A stretch of DNA of 64,000 nucleotides from an uncultured Flavobacteriaceae bacterium (GTDB lineage Bacteria > Bacteroidota > Bacteroidia > Flavobacteriales > Flavobacteriaceae): the NCBI GenBank assembly GCA_938092005.1, contig CALKOU010000007.1, forward strand, positions 34,523-98,522. The letters are read 5' to 3'. Below are positions 20,112 through 29,713 of this stretch, piece by piece (position 1 is the stretch's first letter; every line of letters starts with the position of its first letter). The notes below the pieces were generated by a model. That model was not told the DNA's origin, searched no databases, and saw only the letters and a program-made list of their open reading frames with translations. The translations under genes were made by a program, and so were the position numbers.

Positions 20112-21593
20112 ATGAAAAAAAATATAATATACATACTAACGCTCGGTTTAGTCATAGCAGCTTGTTCAAGCGAGGATGACTTAAATCACGAAGCAAAAAG
20201 TTTAGTAACCGAAAAACAGTTATTGGATTTAGCAGATTCATCACCCGAAGCTGCACTAACCATCAACCTTGGTGTTGAAGACGGGCAATACTCTTTTATG
20301 AGAGAATATGCAACGAACTTTGGAGATACTGGAGAGCGAGCCGATGATTATGGACAAAAATCAATTGACCTAGGGGTAGATTTACTTTCAAATGATGTTT
20401 CTATGGCCATAGATCATTGGATGGGTAATTATTATTCATATCGTGGCAGAACGCAAGATTTCTCAACAACACGTATTGTATGGAACTTTTACTATTCGAT
20501 AATCATGAATGTAAATTCAATTATTGGTAAAATTGCTCCAGACGTGGCAGATGAAGATTTGAAACATTTGCGTGCACGTGCTATGGCAATCAGAGCATAC
20601 AGCTACTTCAATTTAGTTCGTTTCTATCAGCATACATACCAAAAAAATCCACAAGCAGCAGGTGTGCCATTATATGCACCAGAGCAAGGGATTGACAGCA
20701 AAGGCCGAGGTACCGTTCAGCAAGTATATGACTTGATCTTGTCTGACTTGGACTATGCTTTTACAAATGTTGATGGCTATTCAAGACCTTCTAAAGAAAA
20801 ATTGAACAAGCAAGTTGTTGCAGGAATTTATGCACGTGTTCTTTTAGAAACAGGAACCGATGATGCGCTTTGTGCTCAAATGGCAAATGTGGCAAAGTCT
20901 GGCTATAGCTTAATGAGTGCTACTGAGTGGGTAAATGGTGGATTTGACAACATCGGTAACTCAGAGTGGATGTGGGGTGCTGACATAAATTCAGAATCTT
21001 CAACCGTTTATGCTTCTTTCTTCTCGCACATGGCTACATCAAATGCAGGTTATGCAGGGCTTATTGGTGCCTACAAATCAATTGATGTGAGGTTGTATAA
21101 TGCAATTTCAGACACCGACGCTAGAAAACAAGCCTTTGGGGATGCAGATGACACTAATGCTCCATATGCAAACTACAAATTCTATGATGCTACGTTTTTT
21201 GAGGGAGATTATGTTTACATGCGTGCTTCCGAAATGTATTTGATTGAAGCAGAAGCTCTTGCAAGAAGTGGAAACAATGTGCAAGCAGCAGAAGTGTTAC
21301 ATGATCTTGTAAGCAACAGAGATTCTGCATATACCCTTTCAACCAAAACAGGTACTGCTTTGGTTGCTGAAATTCAATTGCATAGAAGAATTGAACTTTG
21401 GGGTGAAGGTTTTGCATGGTTAGATATGAAACGTAACGGAAAAGCTCTAGAGCGTGACTACACAGGTTCAAACCATACAGCATATGGAAAGAAAAACTTT
21501 GCAAGTGATGCTAACGAAATGTTGTTCCAAATCCCTGAAAAGGAATTAGACAACAACACTGAAATCAACGAAGTTGACCAAAATCCAATATAA
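20112..21593 (+). CDS. SusD/RagB-family outer membrane lipoprotein (locus 2)
   Basis: The 493-aa ORF has a lipobox VIAACSS. It contains RAMAIRAYSYFNLVRFYQ and MRASEMYLIEAEALARSGN…ELWGEGFAWLDMKR, typical SusD motifs. Confidence 0.9.
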   Translation: MKKNIIYILTLGLVIAACSSEDDLNHEAKSLVTEKQLLDLADSSPEAALTINLGVEDGQYSFMREYATNFGDTGERADDYGQKSIDLGVDLLSNDVSMAIDHWMGNYYSYRGRTQDFSTTRIVWNFYYSIIMNVNSIIGKIAPDVADEDLKHLRARAMAIRAYSYFNLVRFYQHTYQKNPQAAGVPLYAPEQGIDSKGRGTVQQVYDLILSDLDYAFTNVDGYSRPSKEKLNKQVVAGIYARVLLETGTDDALCAQMANVAKSGYSLMSATEWVNGGFDNIGNSEWMWGADINSESSTVYASFFSHMATSNAGYAGLIGAYKSIDVRLYNAISDTDARKQAFGDADDTNAPYANYKFYDATFFEGDYVYMRASEMYLIEAEALARSGNNVQAAEVLHDLVSNRDSAYTLSTKTGTALVAEIQLHRRIELWGEGFAWLDMKRNGKALERDYTGSNHTAYGKKNFASDANEMLFQIPEKELDNNTEINEVDQNPI

Positions 21594-21603
21594 TATTAAG
21601 AAT

Positions 21604-22362
21604 ATGTTTTTAAATAAATTTAGTTTTAAGGCCGCTTACATACTGGCTTTACCCTTGCTTATTGTAGCAGGTTGTGACACAGAAGAAGCACTACTTGATG
21701 TAGATGCCCCTGTTGCCATATCGTTTGATGTGGACACAAAGAGAATTGAAGTAGAAGAAACAACAACTTACGATGTTGTCGTATCTACTTTAAAAGCACC
21801 TAGTTCTGATGTTACCGTTAATCTAGAAGTAACATCGGGCCCAGATGAAAGTTTGTATAATATGTCACCATCAATAACGATTCCTGCTGGGGAGCTTAGC
21901 GGTAAATCAACATTGAGTTTTAGTCACAGCTTGTTAGAGTTTGGTGACGAAAAAACACTAGAGGTTGACATAGCTGAATCTAGCAGAAGTGGTGGTGTCA
22001 TTCTTAACGAAGAACGAGCTTCAACATCTATTACATTTGTAAAAAAATGTACCCTAAATGATGTAATTGTATCGATTACAACGGATCAATATCCTGAAGA
22101 AACGCTCTTTAGACTTTTTGATATAAGCACAAATCCATCTGGAGATTTACTTTTCCAAAGTGATACGTATAATGGCAATGCAAACACAACCGTATCAAAA
22201 GCATTTTGTCTTAATGCAGGAAGCTATGCTATTGTCGTTTATGATTTATATGAAGACGGAATCACTGGCGGTGGTTTTAGTGTAACAGTAAACGGAACCT
22301 CAGCGGTAGCCCTAACTCCTGTAACGGGAGCTAGTGCAGTTGCTTTCTTTGATGTTGAGTAA
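21604..22362 (+). CDS. PUL-associated surface lipoprotein, two-domain, function unknown
   Basis: The start MFLNKFSFKAAYILALPLLIVAGC gives a clean lipobox, whereas the ORF-track start at 21574 overlaps SusD. An N-terminal beta-rich Calx-beta-like segment is followed by a Cys-bracketed C-terminal module. Confidence 0.6.
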   Translation: MFLNKFSFKAAYILALPLLIVAGCDTEEALLDVDAPVAISFDVDTKRIEVEETTTYDVVVSTLKAPSSDVTVNLEVTSGPDESLYNMSPSITIPAGELSGKSTLSFSHSLLEFGDEKTLEVDIAESSRSGGVILNEERASTSITFVKKCTLNDVIVSITTDQYPEETLFRLFDISTNPSGDLLFQSDTYNGNANTTVSKAFCLNAGSYAIVVYDLYEDGITGGGFSVTVNGTSAVALTPVTGASAVAFFDVE

Positions 22363-22383
22363 TTAACAAAACCTTAATATTAA

Positions 22384-22417
22384 AACCACTCAACCTTTGG
22401 GATGAGTGGTTTTTTTT
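22384..22417 (+). terminator. Rho-independent terminator (AACCACTCA…TGAGTGGTT followed by T8)
   Basis: The hairpin and T-run were read directly from the sequence, 22 nt after the lipoprotein stop. The ORF-track ATG at 22402 lies inside the stem. Confidence 0.8.
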
Positions 22418-22422
22418 GCCTT

Positions 22423-24309
22423 ATGAAAAAAATATTTTTATTCTTTTTATGCATCCTAACTACATTTGGATATGCGCAAGAAATGTCGGACGGAAACAAA
22501 AAACTTTTAGAAGCGTTTAATCTAAGAGAAGAAAAAAAGAATGAAAGAGTAAAAGCATATCTAAAGATAAATAGTACAGAAAAAAAACGCTTTTCCAAAG
22601 ACGGAAAAACATTTGAAATTTTTGATATAAAGAATGGAAAGCCCCTCTATATTGCTACCGACAATATAAATTCGGCTAAAGGAACAAAAACAACACACCT
22701 TTACAACGGAGGGAGTTTAGGACTTTCGCTAGCTGGAAATGGCTACACAGTAGGCGTTTGGGATTCAGGAATTGTAGAAGTATCACATCAAGAATTTTTA
22801 ACAGACAATGAAGCAAAACTTGTCGTTGAAAACACTTTGGAAGTCACAAATCATGCCACCCATGTAAGTGGTACTATTGCAGCTCAAGGCACCAATAGTG
22901 CTGCAAAAGGAATGGCATATGATGCCAACATAAAATCGTACGACTGGACAAATGATGGCAGCGAAATGGTTACTGCCGCAAATGATTCAGAAAATCCAAT
23001 CTATTTCTCCAATCACTCGTATGGTTTTCCAATTTTTTCAGATGATAATGATGAGCAAAACGTTAGCTCAGAAAATATTGGCGCATACACAAGCTCGGCA
23101 AGAGACTGGGATAATATTGCATTCCAAAACAGAAAATTACTAATCGTTGGCTCTGCTGGAAATGACGGAACGACTACCTACGAAGGGGGGATGCTTCCAA
23201 ATTACGATAAACTAACAGGCACAAAAACAGCTAAAAACAACTTAGTAGTTGCAAATGCTAATCCAAGCTTTAATCCACTAACACAAGAACTAACAGGTTT
23301 CCCAATTAACAGCGGTAGCAGCAAAGGCCCAACAGACGATCTTAGAATAAAACCTGACATTTCTGGAGATGGCACAAATGTTTTCTCTAGCATCACAAAT
23401 AACGACTACGACAATTACTCTGGCACATCAATGGCCGCGCCTAACGTATGCGGCTCACTTGTTTTGGTACATGAGCATTATGTCAATATCACAAACGAAC
23501 TGCCAAACGCTGAAACCATAAAAGCCATTGCTTGCCATACAGCCCAAGATGATAGCGAAACCATTGGCCCAGATCCTATTTACGGATGGGGATTATTGAA
23601 TGCCAAAGCTGCTGCTGAGCTGATTAGTGCAACAGCAACTGGCGGTGCCCATATAAAAGAATCGTCGATCAATCAAGGAGATGAGTTTTCGATGCCTGTA
23701 GTAATTGAAAGCAGCACTAGACTTTCCGTATCGCTATGTTGGGCTGATCCACCTGGCCCTGTGTTCAATCCATCCCTTAATAATCCTGCACCAGTACTCA
23801 TGAATGATTTGGATTTACGCGTTACTAAAGATGGAGAAACGTATTACCCTTGGAAACTAAAATTAAATGAAAACAGCATTACAAACGAAAAAGGAGACAA
23901 TACTGTTGACAATTTTGAGAAAATAGATATTGAAACACCTACACCAGGAACATATACGATTTCGGTAAGTCATAAAAACAACTTAACAAACCCTAACCAA
24001 TCTCCGCTACAATTACCTAAGTATCAAGAGTTCTCACTCATTGTAAGTGGAATTAACAACTCATTAAGCACAAATAATAGCAACTATGATGTTTTCAAGA
24101 TATATCCGAACCCTATAAAAGATGGTGTGCTTAGCGTTCAAGGTGTTAACGAAGTTTCACAAGCAGCAATTAAAAATATTAGAGGTCAAATTGTTTGGGA
24201 TGGTATCTTGTCTACGGCCATTGATATAAGTCATTTGAATAGCGGAATGTACTTTTTAACAGTAAAAGGAAAAACCGACAAAACGGTTAAGTTCATCTTA
24301 GTAAAATAA
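22423..24309 (+). CDS. S8 (subtilisin-family) serine peptidase with T9SS C-terminal sorting domain
   Basis: The catalytic triad contexts are VGVWDSG (Asp), HATHVSGTIAA (His) and GTSMAAPNVCG (Ser). The C-terminal …FKIYPNPIKDGVLSV…LNSGMYFLTVKGK…KFILVK is a Por/T9SS CTD. The start MKKIFLFFLCILTTFGYAQ gives a signal peptide. Confidence 0.88.
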   Translation: MKKIFLFFLCILTTFGYAQEMSDGNKKLLEAFNLREEKKNERVKAYLKINSTEKKRFSKDGKTFEIFDIKNGKPLYIATDNINSAKGTKTTHLYNGGSLGLSLAGNGYTVGVWDSGIVEVSHQEFLTDNEAKLVVENTLEVTNHATHVSGTIAAQGTNSAAKGMAYDANIKSYDWTNDGSEMVTAANDSENPIYFSNHSYGFPIFSDDNDEQNVSSENIGAYTSSARDWDNIAFQNRKLLIVGSAGNDGTTTYEGGMLPNYDKLTGTKTAKNNLVVANANPSFNPLTQELTGFPINSGSSKGPTDDLRIKPDISGDGTNVFSSITNNDYDNYSGTSMAAPNVCGSLVLVHEHYVNITNELPNAETIKAIACHTAQDDSETIGPDPIYGWGLLNAKAAAELISATATGGAHIKESSINQGDEFSMPVVIESSTRLSVSLCWADPPGPVFNPSLNNPAPVLMNDLDLRVTKDGETYYPWKLKLNENSITNEKGDNTVDNFEKIDIETPTPGTYTISVSHKNNLTNPNQSPLQLPKYQEFSLIVSGINNSLSTNNSNYDVFKIYPNPIKDGVLSVQGVNEVSQAAIKNIRGQIVWDGILSTAIDISHLNSGMYFLTVKGKTDKTVKFILVK

Positions 24310-24335
24310 ACCGATTATTATTTAATCAATTGCAT

Positions 24336-24343
24336 TAGGTTTG
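24336..24343 (+). promoter_or_regulatory. -7 box TAGGTTTG upstream of the rlmB-like gene
   Basis: This is an exact TAnnTTTG match 18 nt before the ATG at 24362. Confidence 0.45.
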
Positions 24344-24361
24344 CATTTCAACTAAGTTATC

Positions 24362-25078
24362 ATGAGCGCAATAACATTTGGCATAAATGCCGTACGTGAA
24401 GCCATTCAAAATCCGTCTAAGATTCAAAAAGTACTTATCGAAAATGGGATTAAAAATCCTGCGGCTCAAAAACTAAAAGAAGAGGTGATGCGATCAGGTG
24501 TGTCGTTTTCTTTTGTGCCAGAACAAAAGCTCTACAAGCACACCAAGGAAAATCATCAAGGGTTTGTTGCGCTATTGGGAAGTATCGAATTTGCAAACCT
24601 AGAAGACATCATTGACGAAAACAAACAACAGTTGTTTTTACTTCTCGACGGCGTTACCGATGTGCGAAATTTCGGAGCCATTATTAGATCTGCTGCAGGC
24701 TTGAGTGCCAGTGGTATTATCATTGGACAAACAGGAGCTGCACCGCTTAATGACATCGCCATTCAGGCATCTGCTGGTGGTGCATTTCATATTCCAATTG
24801 TTCGTGTTAGTCATTTAAAAGACGCCATGTATGTACTTCAGTCACACGAAATCGCATTGGTGGGATGTACAGAAAAAGCCACTTCATTTGTGGGAGATAT
24901 TAATCTAAAACGATCATTGGGGGTTGTTTTAGGCAACGAACACAAAGGCATCAGTAAAGGAATCCTAAACCTTTGCGATGAACAAATCAAAATACCCATC
25001 AACGAAGCATTGGACTCTTACAACGTATCTGTGGCAGCCTCTTTAGTGTTATATGAATGCTTCAGACAAAATAACTAG
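24362..25078 (+). CDS. rlmB: SpoU/TrmH-family RNA 2'-O-methyltransferase (RlmB-like)
   Basis: The 238-aa ORF contains LLLDGVTDVRNFGAIIRSA, LGNEHKGIS and IPI….DSYNVSVAASLVLYE, which are SpoU methylase motifs. Confidence 0.8.
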   Translation: MSAITFGINAVREAIQNPSKIQKVLIENGIKNPAAQKLKEEVMRSGVSFSFVPEQKLYKHTKENHQGFVALLGSIEFANLEDIIDENKQQLFLLLDGVTDVRNFGAIIRSAAGLSASGIIIGQTGAAPLNDIAIQASAGGAFHIPIVRVSHLKDAMYVLQSHEIALVGCTEKATSFVGDINLKRSLGVVLGNEHKGISKGILNLCDEQIKIPINEALDSYNVSVAASLVLYECFRQNN

Positions 25079-25764
25079 AGTAAAAAAGATAAGGCGTCAA
25101 GTGATTCTATTTCTTTGTAATGCGCTGCATTACTTTTAGCTGACGGCATAAAGTGAACCGCATGCATACCAACTTTTAAGGCACCCTCAATGTCAGCTTC
25201 CAAACTATCGCCAATCATAACTGCTTCGTGTGGATGCACCTCCCCCACTTTTAGTGCGTGCTCGAATATTTGAGGATCAGGCTTTTTCTTCCCTACCGAA
25301 GATGAATCTGTAACCGTTTCAAAATAAGGAAGTAAGCCCGAATTTTTCATCTTAAAATGTTGTACGTCCTTAAAGCCGTTGGTAATAACATGAAGTGCAT
25401 AATGTGGTTTTAAAGCATCAAGCATGGTAATAGCGCCTGGGAAAAGAATATTGTTTTCAGGTAATGTTTGAATATAGGCATCGGCCAATTCATAGATAAA
25501 TGCTTTACTGGCTTGATAATCAAGTTGATCAAACACCGTTTTAAGCCGTTGGTAACGAAGGGTTTCTTTATCAATAGTACCTTCTCTAAAACGTTTCCAA
25601 AAAACAATATTATTTGGTATATAAACGCTGATAAAATCATGAAAATCTAAATCAATTTCATACCGCTCAAAAAGGGCTTTAAACGCTAAGGCCGAGTTTG
25701 CCTCAAAATCCCAAAGGGTGTGATCTAAATCAAAATACAACGCTTTTATGACGTGTTTATTCAT
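25075..25764 (-). CDS. HAD-superfamily hydrolase (YjjG-like nucleotidase subfamily)
   Basis: The sequence has the DLDHTLWDF (DxDxT) motif, …VITNG…, KKKPDPQIF and IGDSLEADIEGA. Confidence 0.8.
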   Translation of the reverse strand: MNKHVIKALYFDLDHTLWDFEANSALAFKALFERYEIDLDFHDFISVYIPNNIVFWKRFREGTIDKETLRYQRLKTVFDQLDYQASKAFIYELADAYIQTLPENNILFPGAITMLDALKPHYALHVITNGFKDVQHFKMKNSGLLPYFETVTDSSSVGKKKPDPQIFEHALKVGEVHPHEAVMIGDSLEADIEGALKVGMHAVHFMPSAKSNAAHYKEIESLDALSFLL

Positions 25765-27049
25765 GTATCAGTAGCTTTTTGAGTGTAGCTAAGAACGTCA
25801 TGTTTCTGGAGCGAGAATTAAAACTTTCATTGGTCAACGAAATAACAAAAGGAGCCTCTAATTGTTCTAACCGTGACTGATATGCTATAACAAGTTGGCG
25901 CATTTTTCTAGAATATTGTTGTGCTCGAATTTGTGCTTCACTAAGACAAATTGGATGAATGGTAAGTGAAGTTTGCAATTCATCTCCAAGGTCATAAAAA
26001 CGAAACGGAAAAGCAGTGCTGGCGCGAAAGCCTGGACTGTCAGCGTATTGTAAAGAATAATCACGGGCAATGCCTGCGGCTGAAAAAGCACGGTATGTGT
26101 CTGGAAAACGCAACACTAATTTGTGTTGACGAATCGCTTTTATCGGGCGATGAATCAATCCAGAAAAACGCTTCATATCTAGTTGTAAAAGTTGCTTTTT
26201 TTGAGTTGACTCATAAGAAGCTAAAGGAGCCGTTGGCGCATAGTCAGATAAACTTTTGATTTCCTGTTGATGCTTTTTGTTAAAGATACTAAGGCTTTTA
26301 TCATGAACACCCAACGCAGCATAAAGTGCAAAAAAACGGAACGAAACAGCGGCCGATTGAAAATCCTCCAAATGCTCCAACAGACCGTCAAGAGGATCTT
26401 CGCGTAGTCCTAACAGCACCATAACCCTATCAAAAACTGCAGCAAATTTGAGTCGTCCGAAATCGTAAACTCCCTCAAAAAATGTTCTGAAAAACGTTTT
26501 GTGTTTGTAGGCATACAATTGAGGAATCTCAACAACTAGCGCAATGGCTGGTGGATGCTTTTTTGTAGCTGTCAATCCAAAGAAAGCATTCCACTTCTCT
26601 AAAAACCTTGTAAACCACATATCGACCAAGGGCTGGTCCAAGAAATTGTGTGTGAATGCCAACGACTGTTCAGGCTTATACCTACCTAAGGTATCTGCAG
26701 CATACGGCATGTATTCCTCATAGCGTGAAATAAGATAAAATGAGGCTGCAAAAAAATCAAACGGCAACATGCTTTTTTCAGATGTTGCAAAAAATGCAGG
26801 CAAACCATCCCAATCAAAAACAGCAATATCAACAGGGTCTACGCCTTGTTCAAAAAGCAATCCATGAGCAGCAATAAAAAATTCATTTCCTAACGGCACA
26901 TCGCCATAAGACATTTTAGGACCCTTGTGAGCCACAAAAGCACTAACGTCAGATGTAAACGAAACATCTTGACCTAAACGATGGTAAAAAAAGTGTCGGA
27001 AAATGTAACGAATACGTGGCTTAACAACTGATGTATGAATCAAAATCAT
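25757..27049 (-). CDS. Conserved hypothetical protein (possibly the polysaccharide-deacetylase-related family seen in Flavobacteria)
   Basis: The 430-aa ORF is uninterrupted, has backbone-like GC, and is translationally coupled to its neighbours (8-nt overlap with the HAD gene). The family assignment is from memory of similar N-termini only. Confidence 0.45.
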   Translation of the reverse strand: MILIHTSVVKPRIRYIFRHFFYHRLGQDVSFTSDVSAFVAHKGPKMSYGDVPLGNEFFIAAHGLLFEQGVDPVDIAVFDWDGLPAFFATSEKSMLPFDFFAASFYLISRYEEYMPYAADTLGRYKPEQSLAFTHNFLDQPLVDMWFTRFLEKWNAFFGLTATKKHPPAIALVVEIPQLYAYKHKTFFRTFFEGVYDFGRLKFAAVFDRVMVLLGLREDPLDGLLEHLEDFQSAAVSFRFFALYAALGVHDKSLSIFNKKHQQEIKSLSDYAPTAPLASYESTQKKQLLQLDMKRFSGLIHRPIKAIRQHKLVLRFPDTYRAFSAAGIARDYSLQYADSPGFRASTAFPFRFYDLGDELQTSLTIHPICLSEAQIRAQQYSRKMRQLVIAYQSRLEQLEAPFVISLTNESFNSRSRNMTFLATLKKLLIHE

Positions 27050-27056
27050 GATTCGA

Positions 27057-27911
27057 TTACTTAAAGTTATTTTGGATCCAACTTGTCAGTGGATCATATG
27101 TTTTCAACTGCGCTTCCAGCGTTTGATCAACGTAAACAACCGATGACAATTTATCGATATAGTGACGAGCAAAAGCCTTTGGATAACGATCTCCATCGCT
27201 ATAACGAGCAACATACTCTTCAAAGAAACAGAGCGCTTTGGTAATATCTTTTTGTAAGTAATAACTCAAAACCCCTAGATGATAGTATGCATCATTTGAA
27301 ATATTAGGTGTACTACAACTATCCACTTCATTTACCGCTTTCAGGTAAGCTACCAACGCAGCCTTATTTTTGTTCGTGGAACGATAAAAATACCCAGCTG
27401 CTAAAAACCCTTCAACAACAGAAAGCGATTGAATGGTCTCAAGCGTTTTGGTTGCTTTTTTGTTACTACCACCCAGTACCCAAGGCAGTGCAGTATAAAG
27501 TTCTAAAAGAACCAAATGAACAGCAAGAGTGTCCGGTGCCAGGATAGCAGCGCGCTCAAATGCGGACTTCATGGTTCTGATATAAGGCAACGACTTCATT
27601 TGTGGTAATTCACTAGCAAGCGTGCCTGCTATACCGCCCAATAAAAACTGATAGTCGTAGGTGTTTGGATGTGCTTCCGCAAGTACTTCGAACAAAGTGA
27701 AAGACGGTTTATAGGCTTGGGTGCGTGCATATAACGTAGCAAGTTCAAGCTGTTGTTGTTCTGTTTTGTCGGTTATCGTATCTAAAACATAAATACGTTC
27801 TTGCTGTTGTGACGTTACAACAACAGGCTCAAAAAGTGCTTTTGGAATACGCTGTCCATAAGCAAGACCTACACAGAAAACAAAAAGTACTAATCGTTGA
27901 GCAAGTGCCAT
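27057..27911 (-). CDS. Hypothetical secreted protein with TPR-like helical repeats
   Basis: The 284-aa ORF has a signal peptide ([20 protein letters not shown]). Its start overlaps the obg 3' end by 22 nt. Confidence 0.55.
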   Translation of the reverse strand: MALAQRLVLFVFCVGLAYGQRIPKALFEPVVVTSQQQERIYVLDTITDKTEQQQLELATLYARTQAYKPSFTLFEVLAEAHPNTYDYQFLLGGIAGTLASELPQMKSLPYIRTMKSAFERAAILAPDTLAVHLVLLELYTALPWVLGGSNKKATKTLETIQSLSVVEGFLAAGYFYRSTNKNKAALVAYLKAVNEVDSCSTPNISNDAYYHLGVLSYYLQKDITKALCFFEEYVARYSDGDRYPKAFARHYIDKLSSVVYVDQTLEAQLKTYDPLTSWIQNNFK

Positions 27912-28888
27912 AATGCGTCTTTCAATGCCGTTACACCTAGTTGTGAAACAGACGAGAACATAACAAAAGGTATATGTTCAAATGCAGCTTTACATTCGTC
28001 GTTAATGGCATCGTACAATTCTTGATCTAACAGATCTGCTTTAGAAATACCAATCATAAACTTTTTGTCTAACAGTTCAGGGTTAAAACGTGTTAATTCA
28101 CCCTTCAAAATAGTGAATTGTTTTTTAATGTCGTCTGCATCCGCAGGAATAACGTAAAGCAATACGCTGTTGCGCTCTATATGTCGTAAAAAATAATGGC
28201 CTAAACCTTTCCCTTCTGCTGCGCCTTCAATAATACCAGGAATATCAGCCATCACAAAAGAAGTAAAACTTCGATGTTCTACAATTCCTAAATTGGGTTT
28301 TAGTGTGGTGAAGGGATAATCGGCAATCTTTGGTTTTGCCGAGGTTATGGTTGCAAGCAGCGTTGACTTACCAGCATTTGGGAAACCTACCAATCCCACA
28401 TCAGCCAATAATTTAAGCTCCAAGGTGATATCGCGCTCAATGCCTTCTTTTCCAGGTTGGGCATAGCGTGGTGCTTGGTTTGTAGGACTTTTAAAGTGCC
28501 AGTTTCCGCGTCCGCCCATGCCACCAGGCGCCACGATAATATCTTCTTCGGTTGTAACTTCAGCAATGCGTTCACCTGTATTATTATCCAAAATAACGGT
28601 ACCTAAGGGAACTGGAATAATAAGGTCTTCGCCATCGGCACCTGTGCTCCTACTCTTGCTGCCGTGTGCACCATGCTCGGCTTTAAAGTGACGCTTATAC
28701 TTGAATGAAATTAAGGTCCAAAGGTTTTTATCTCCACGAAGAATCACGTGTCCACCACGACCGCCATCGCCGCCATCTGGTCCACCTTTGGTAATGTATT
28801 TTTCGCGATGAAAATGTGTAGAACCCTTGCCCCCGTTTCCAGATGTAACATGTACTTTAACGTAGTCTACAAAGTTCCCTTCTGTCAT
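27890..28888 (-). CDS. obg: GTPase Obg/CgtA
   Basis: The sequence has a glycine-rich Obg fold ([12 protein letters not shown]), then [18 protein letters not shown] and ISKAD. Confidence 0.95.
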   Translation of the reverse strand: MTEGNFVDYVKVHVTSGNGGKGSTHFHREKYITKGGPDGGDGGRGGHVILRGDKNLWTLISFKYKRHFKAEHGAHGSKSRSTGADGEDLIIPVPLGTVILDNNTGERIAEVTTEEDIIVAPGGMGGRGNWHFKSPTNQAPRYAQPGKEGIERDITLELKLLADVGLVGFPNAGKSTLLATITSAKPKIADYPFTTLKPNLGIVEHRSFTSFVMADIPGIIEGAAEGKGLGHYFLRHIERNSVLLYVIPADADDIKKQFTILKGELTRFNPELLDKKFMIGISKADLLDQELYDAINDECKAAFEHIPFVMFSSVSQLGVTALKDALWHLLND

Positions 28889-29460
28889 TACAGTTGATCA
28901 ACAATAGTGGTGAGTTGTTCGGCAATAGCTTCAATCGAACGCGAACCATCTACCGCATGGAATTTTCCTTGTGCTGAGTAAAAATCAATAAGGGGTGCTG
29001 TTTTAGCATTGTATTCCGCAAAGCGATTTCGAATCTTTTCTTCGTCCTGATCATCAGCACGTCCACTGTCTTTTCCACGAGATAACAAACGTGCCACCAA
29101 AATATCCTCGTCTACCTCTAACGCCAACGTGGCCGATATAGCCAAATTGTTTTTGGACAAAAAGGCATCTAACGCCTCTGCTTGTGATATCGTACGTGGA
29201 AATCCATCAAAAATAAAGCCGGCAGCATTTGGGTGTTTTGCCACTTCGCCCTCCAACATTTGTATGGTAACCTCATCAGGAACTAAGTCGCCATTATCCA
29301 TAAATGCCTTTGCCATAACGCCTAGCGGTGTCTGGTTTTTGATGTTATAGCGAAACACATCTCCCGTTGATATGTGTATCAAATTAAAGCTTTCTTTTAA
29401 GAAAACCGCTTGCGTTCCTTTGCCTGCTCCAGGTTTTCCAAACAAAATAATGTTTTTCAT
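28888..29460 (-). CDS. adk: Adenylate kinase
   Basis: The sequence contains [11 protein letters not shown] and ISTGDVFR, and has no zinc lid. An ATGA-type overlap couples it to obg. Confidence 0.95.
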   Translation of the reverse strand: MKNIILFGKPGAGKGTQAVFLKESFNLIHISTGDVFRYNIKNQTPLGVMAKAFMDNGDLVPDEVTIQMLEGEVAKHPNAAGFIFDGFPRTISQAEALDAFLSKNNLAISATLALEVDEDILVARLLSRGKDSGRADDQDEEKIRNRFAEYNAKTAPLIDFYSAQGKFHAVDGSRSIEAIAEQLTTIVDQL

Positions 29461-29477
29461 TGGTGTTAATTTCTTTG

Positions 29478-29485
29478 CAAAGATA
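29478..29485 (-). promoter_or_regulatory. -7 box TATCTTTG upstream of adk
   Basis: This is an exact TAnnTTTG on the minus strand, 17 nt upstream of the adk ATG. Confidence 0.45.
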
Positions 29486-29697
29486 TTCTATTTTAATAAG
29501 GAAGACTACCGATGTTGAACATTGAATTTATCTAGCATTATTCTATTCCCTAAATATGACTGAAATTCGCCCATGTTTTGTTACTTTTTTTAGTCGTAGC
29601 CCAGCTATGACATTTAAAAAGTGCCTCATCTAGTCAAATTACATCTTCTTTTCATTTAAAAACAAAAAGGCAAGATGAGTTCATTGTGGAATATCCT

Positions 29698-29705
29698 TAC
29701 CTTTG
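29698..29705 (+). promoter_or_regulatory. -7 box TACCTTTG upstream of purK
   Basis: This is an exact TAnnTTTG 8 nt before the ATG at 29714. It lies inside the longer ORF-track version of purK, so it supports the internal start. Confidence 0.45.
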
Positions 29706-29713
29706 CAGCGATT

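Noticed and set aside
22402-22422. Longer ORF-track N-termini were considered for the S8 protease (22402). The same question arose for purK (29675), E2 (43480), SprT (41194), gldJ (49172), the flavin reductase gene (52184) and the MlaF-like gene (38678).
   Set aside because: The extensions overlap a terminator stem, a -7 promoter box or the upstream gene. The internal ATGs give canonical signal peptides or family-typical N-termini.
29486-29697. A purine riboswitch or other leader was looked for in the 250-nt adk/purK divergent spacer.
   Set aside because: There is no match to the guanine or adenine aptamer core by eye. In addition, the purK -7 box lies only 8 nt from the ATG, which leaves no room for a leader.
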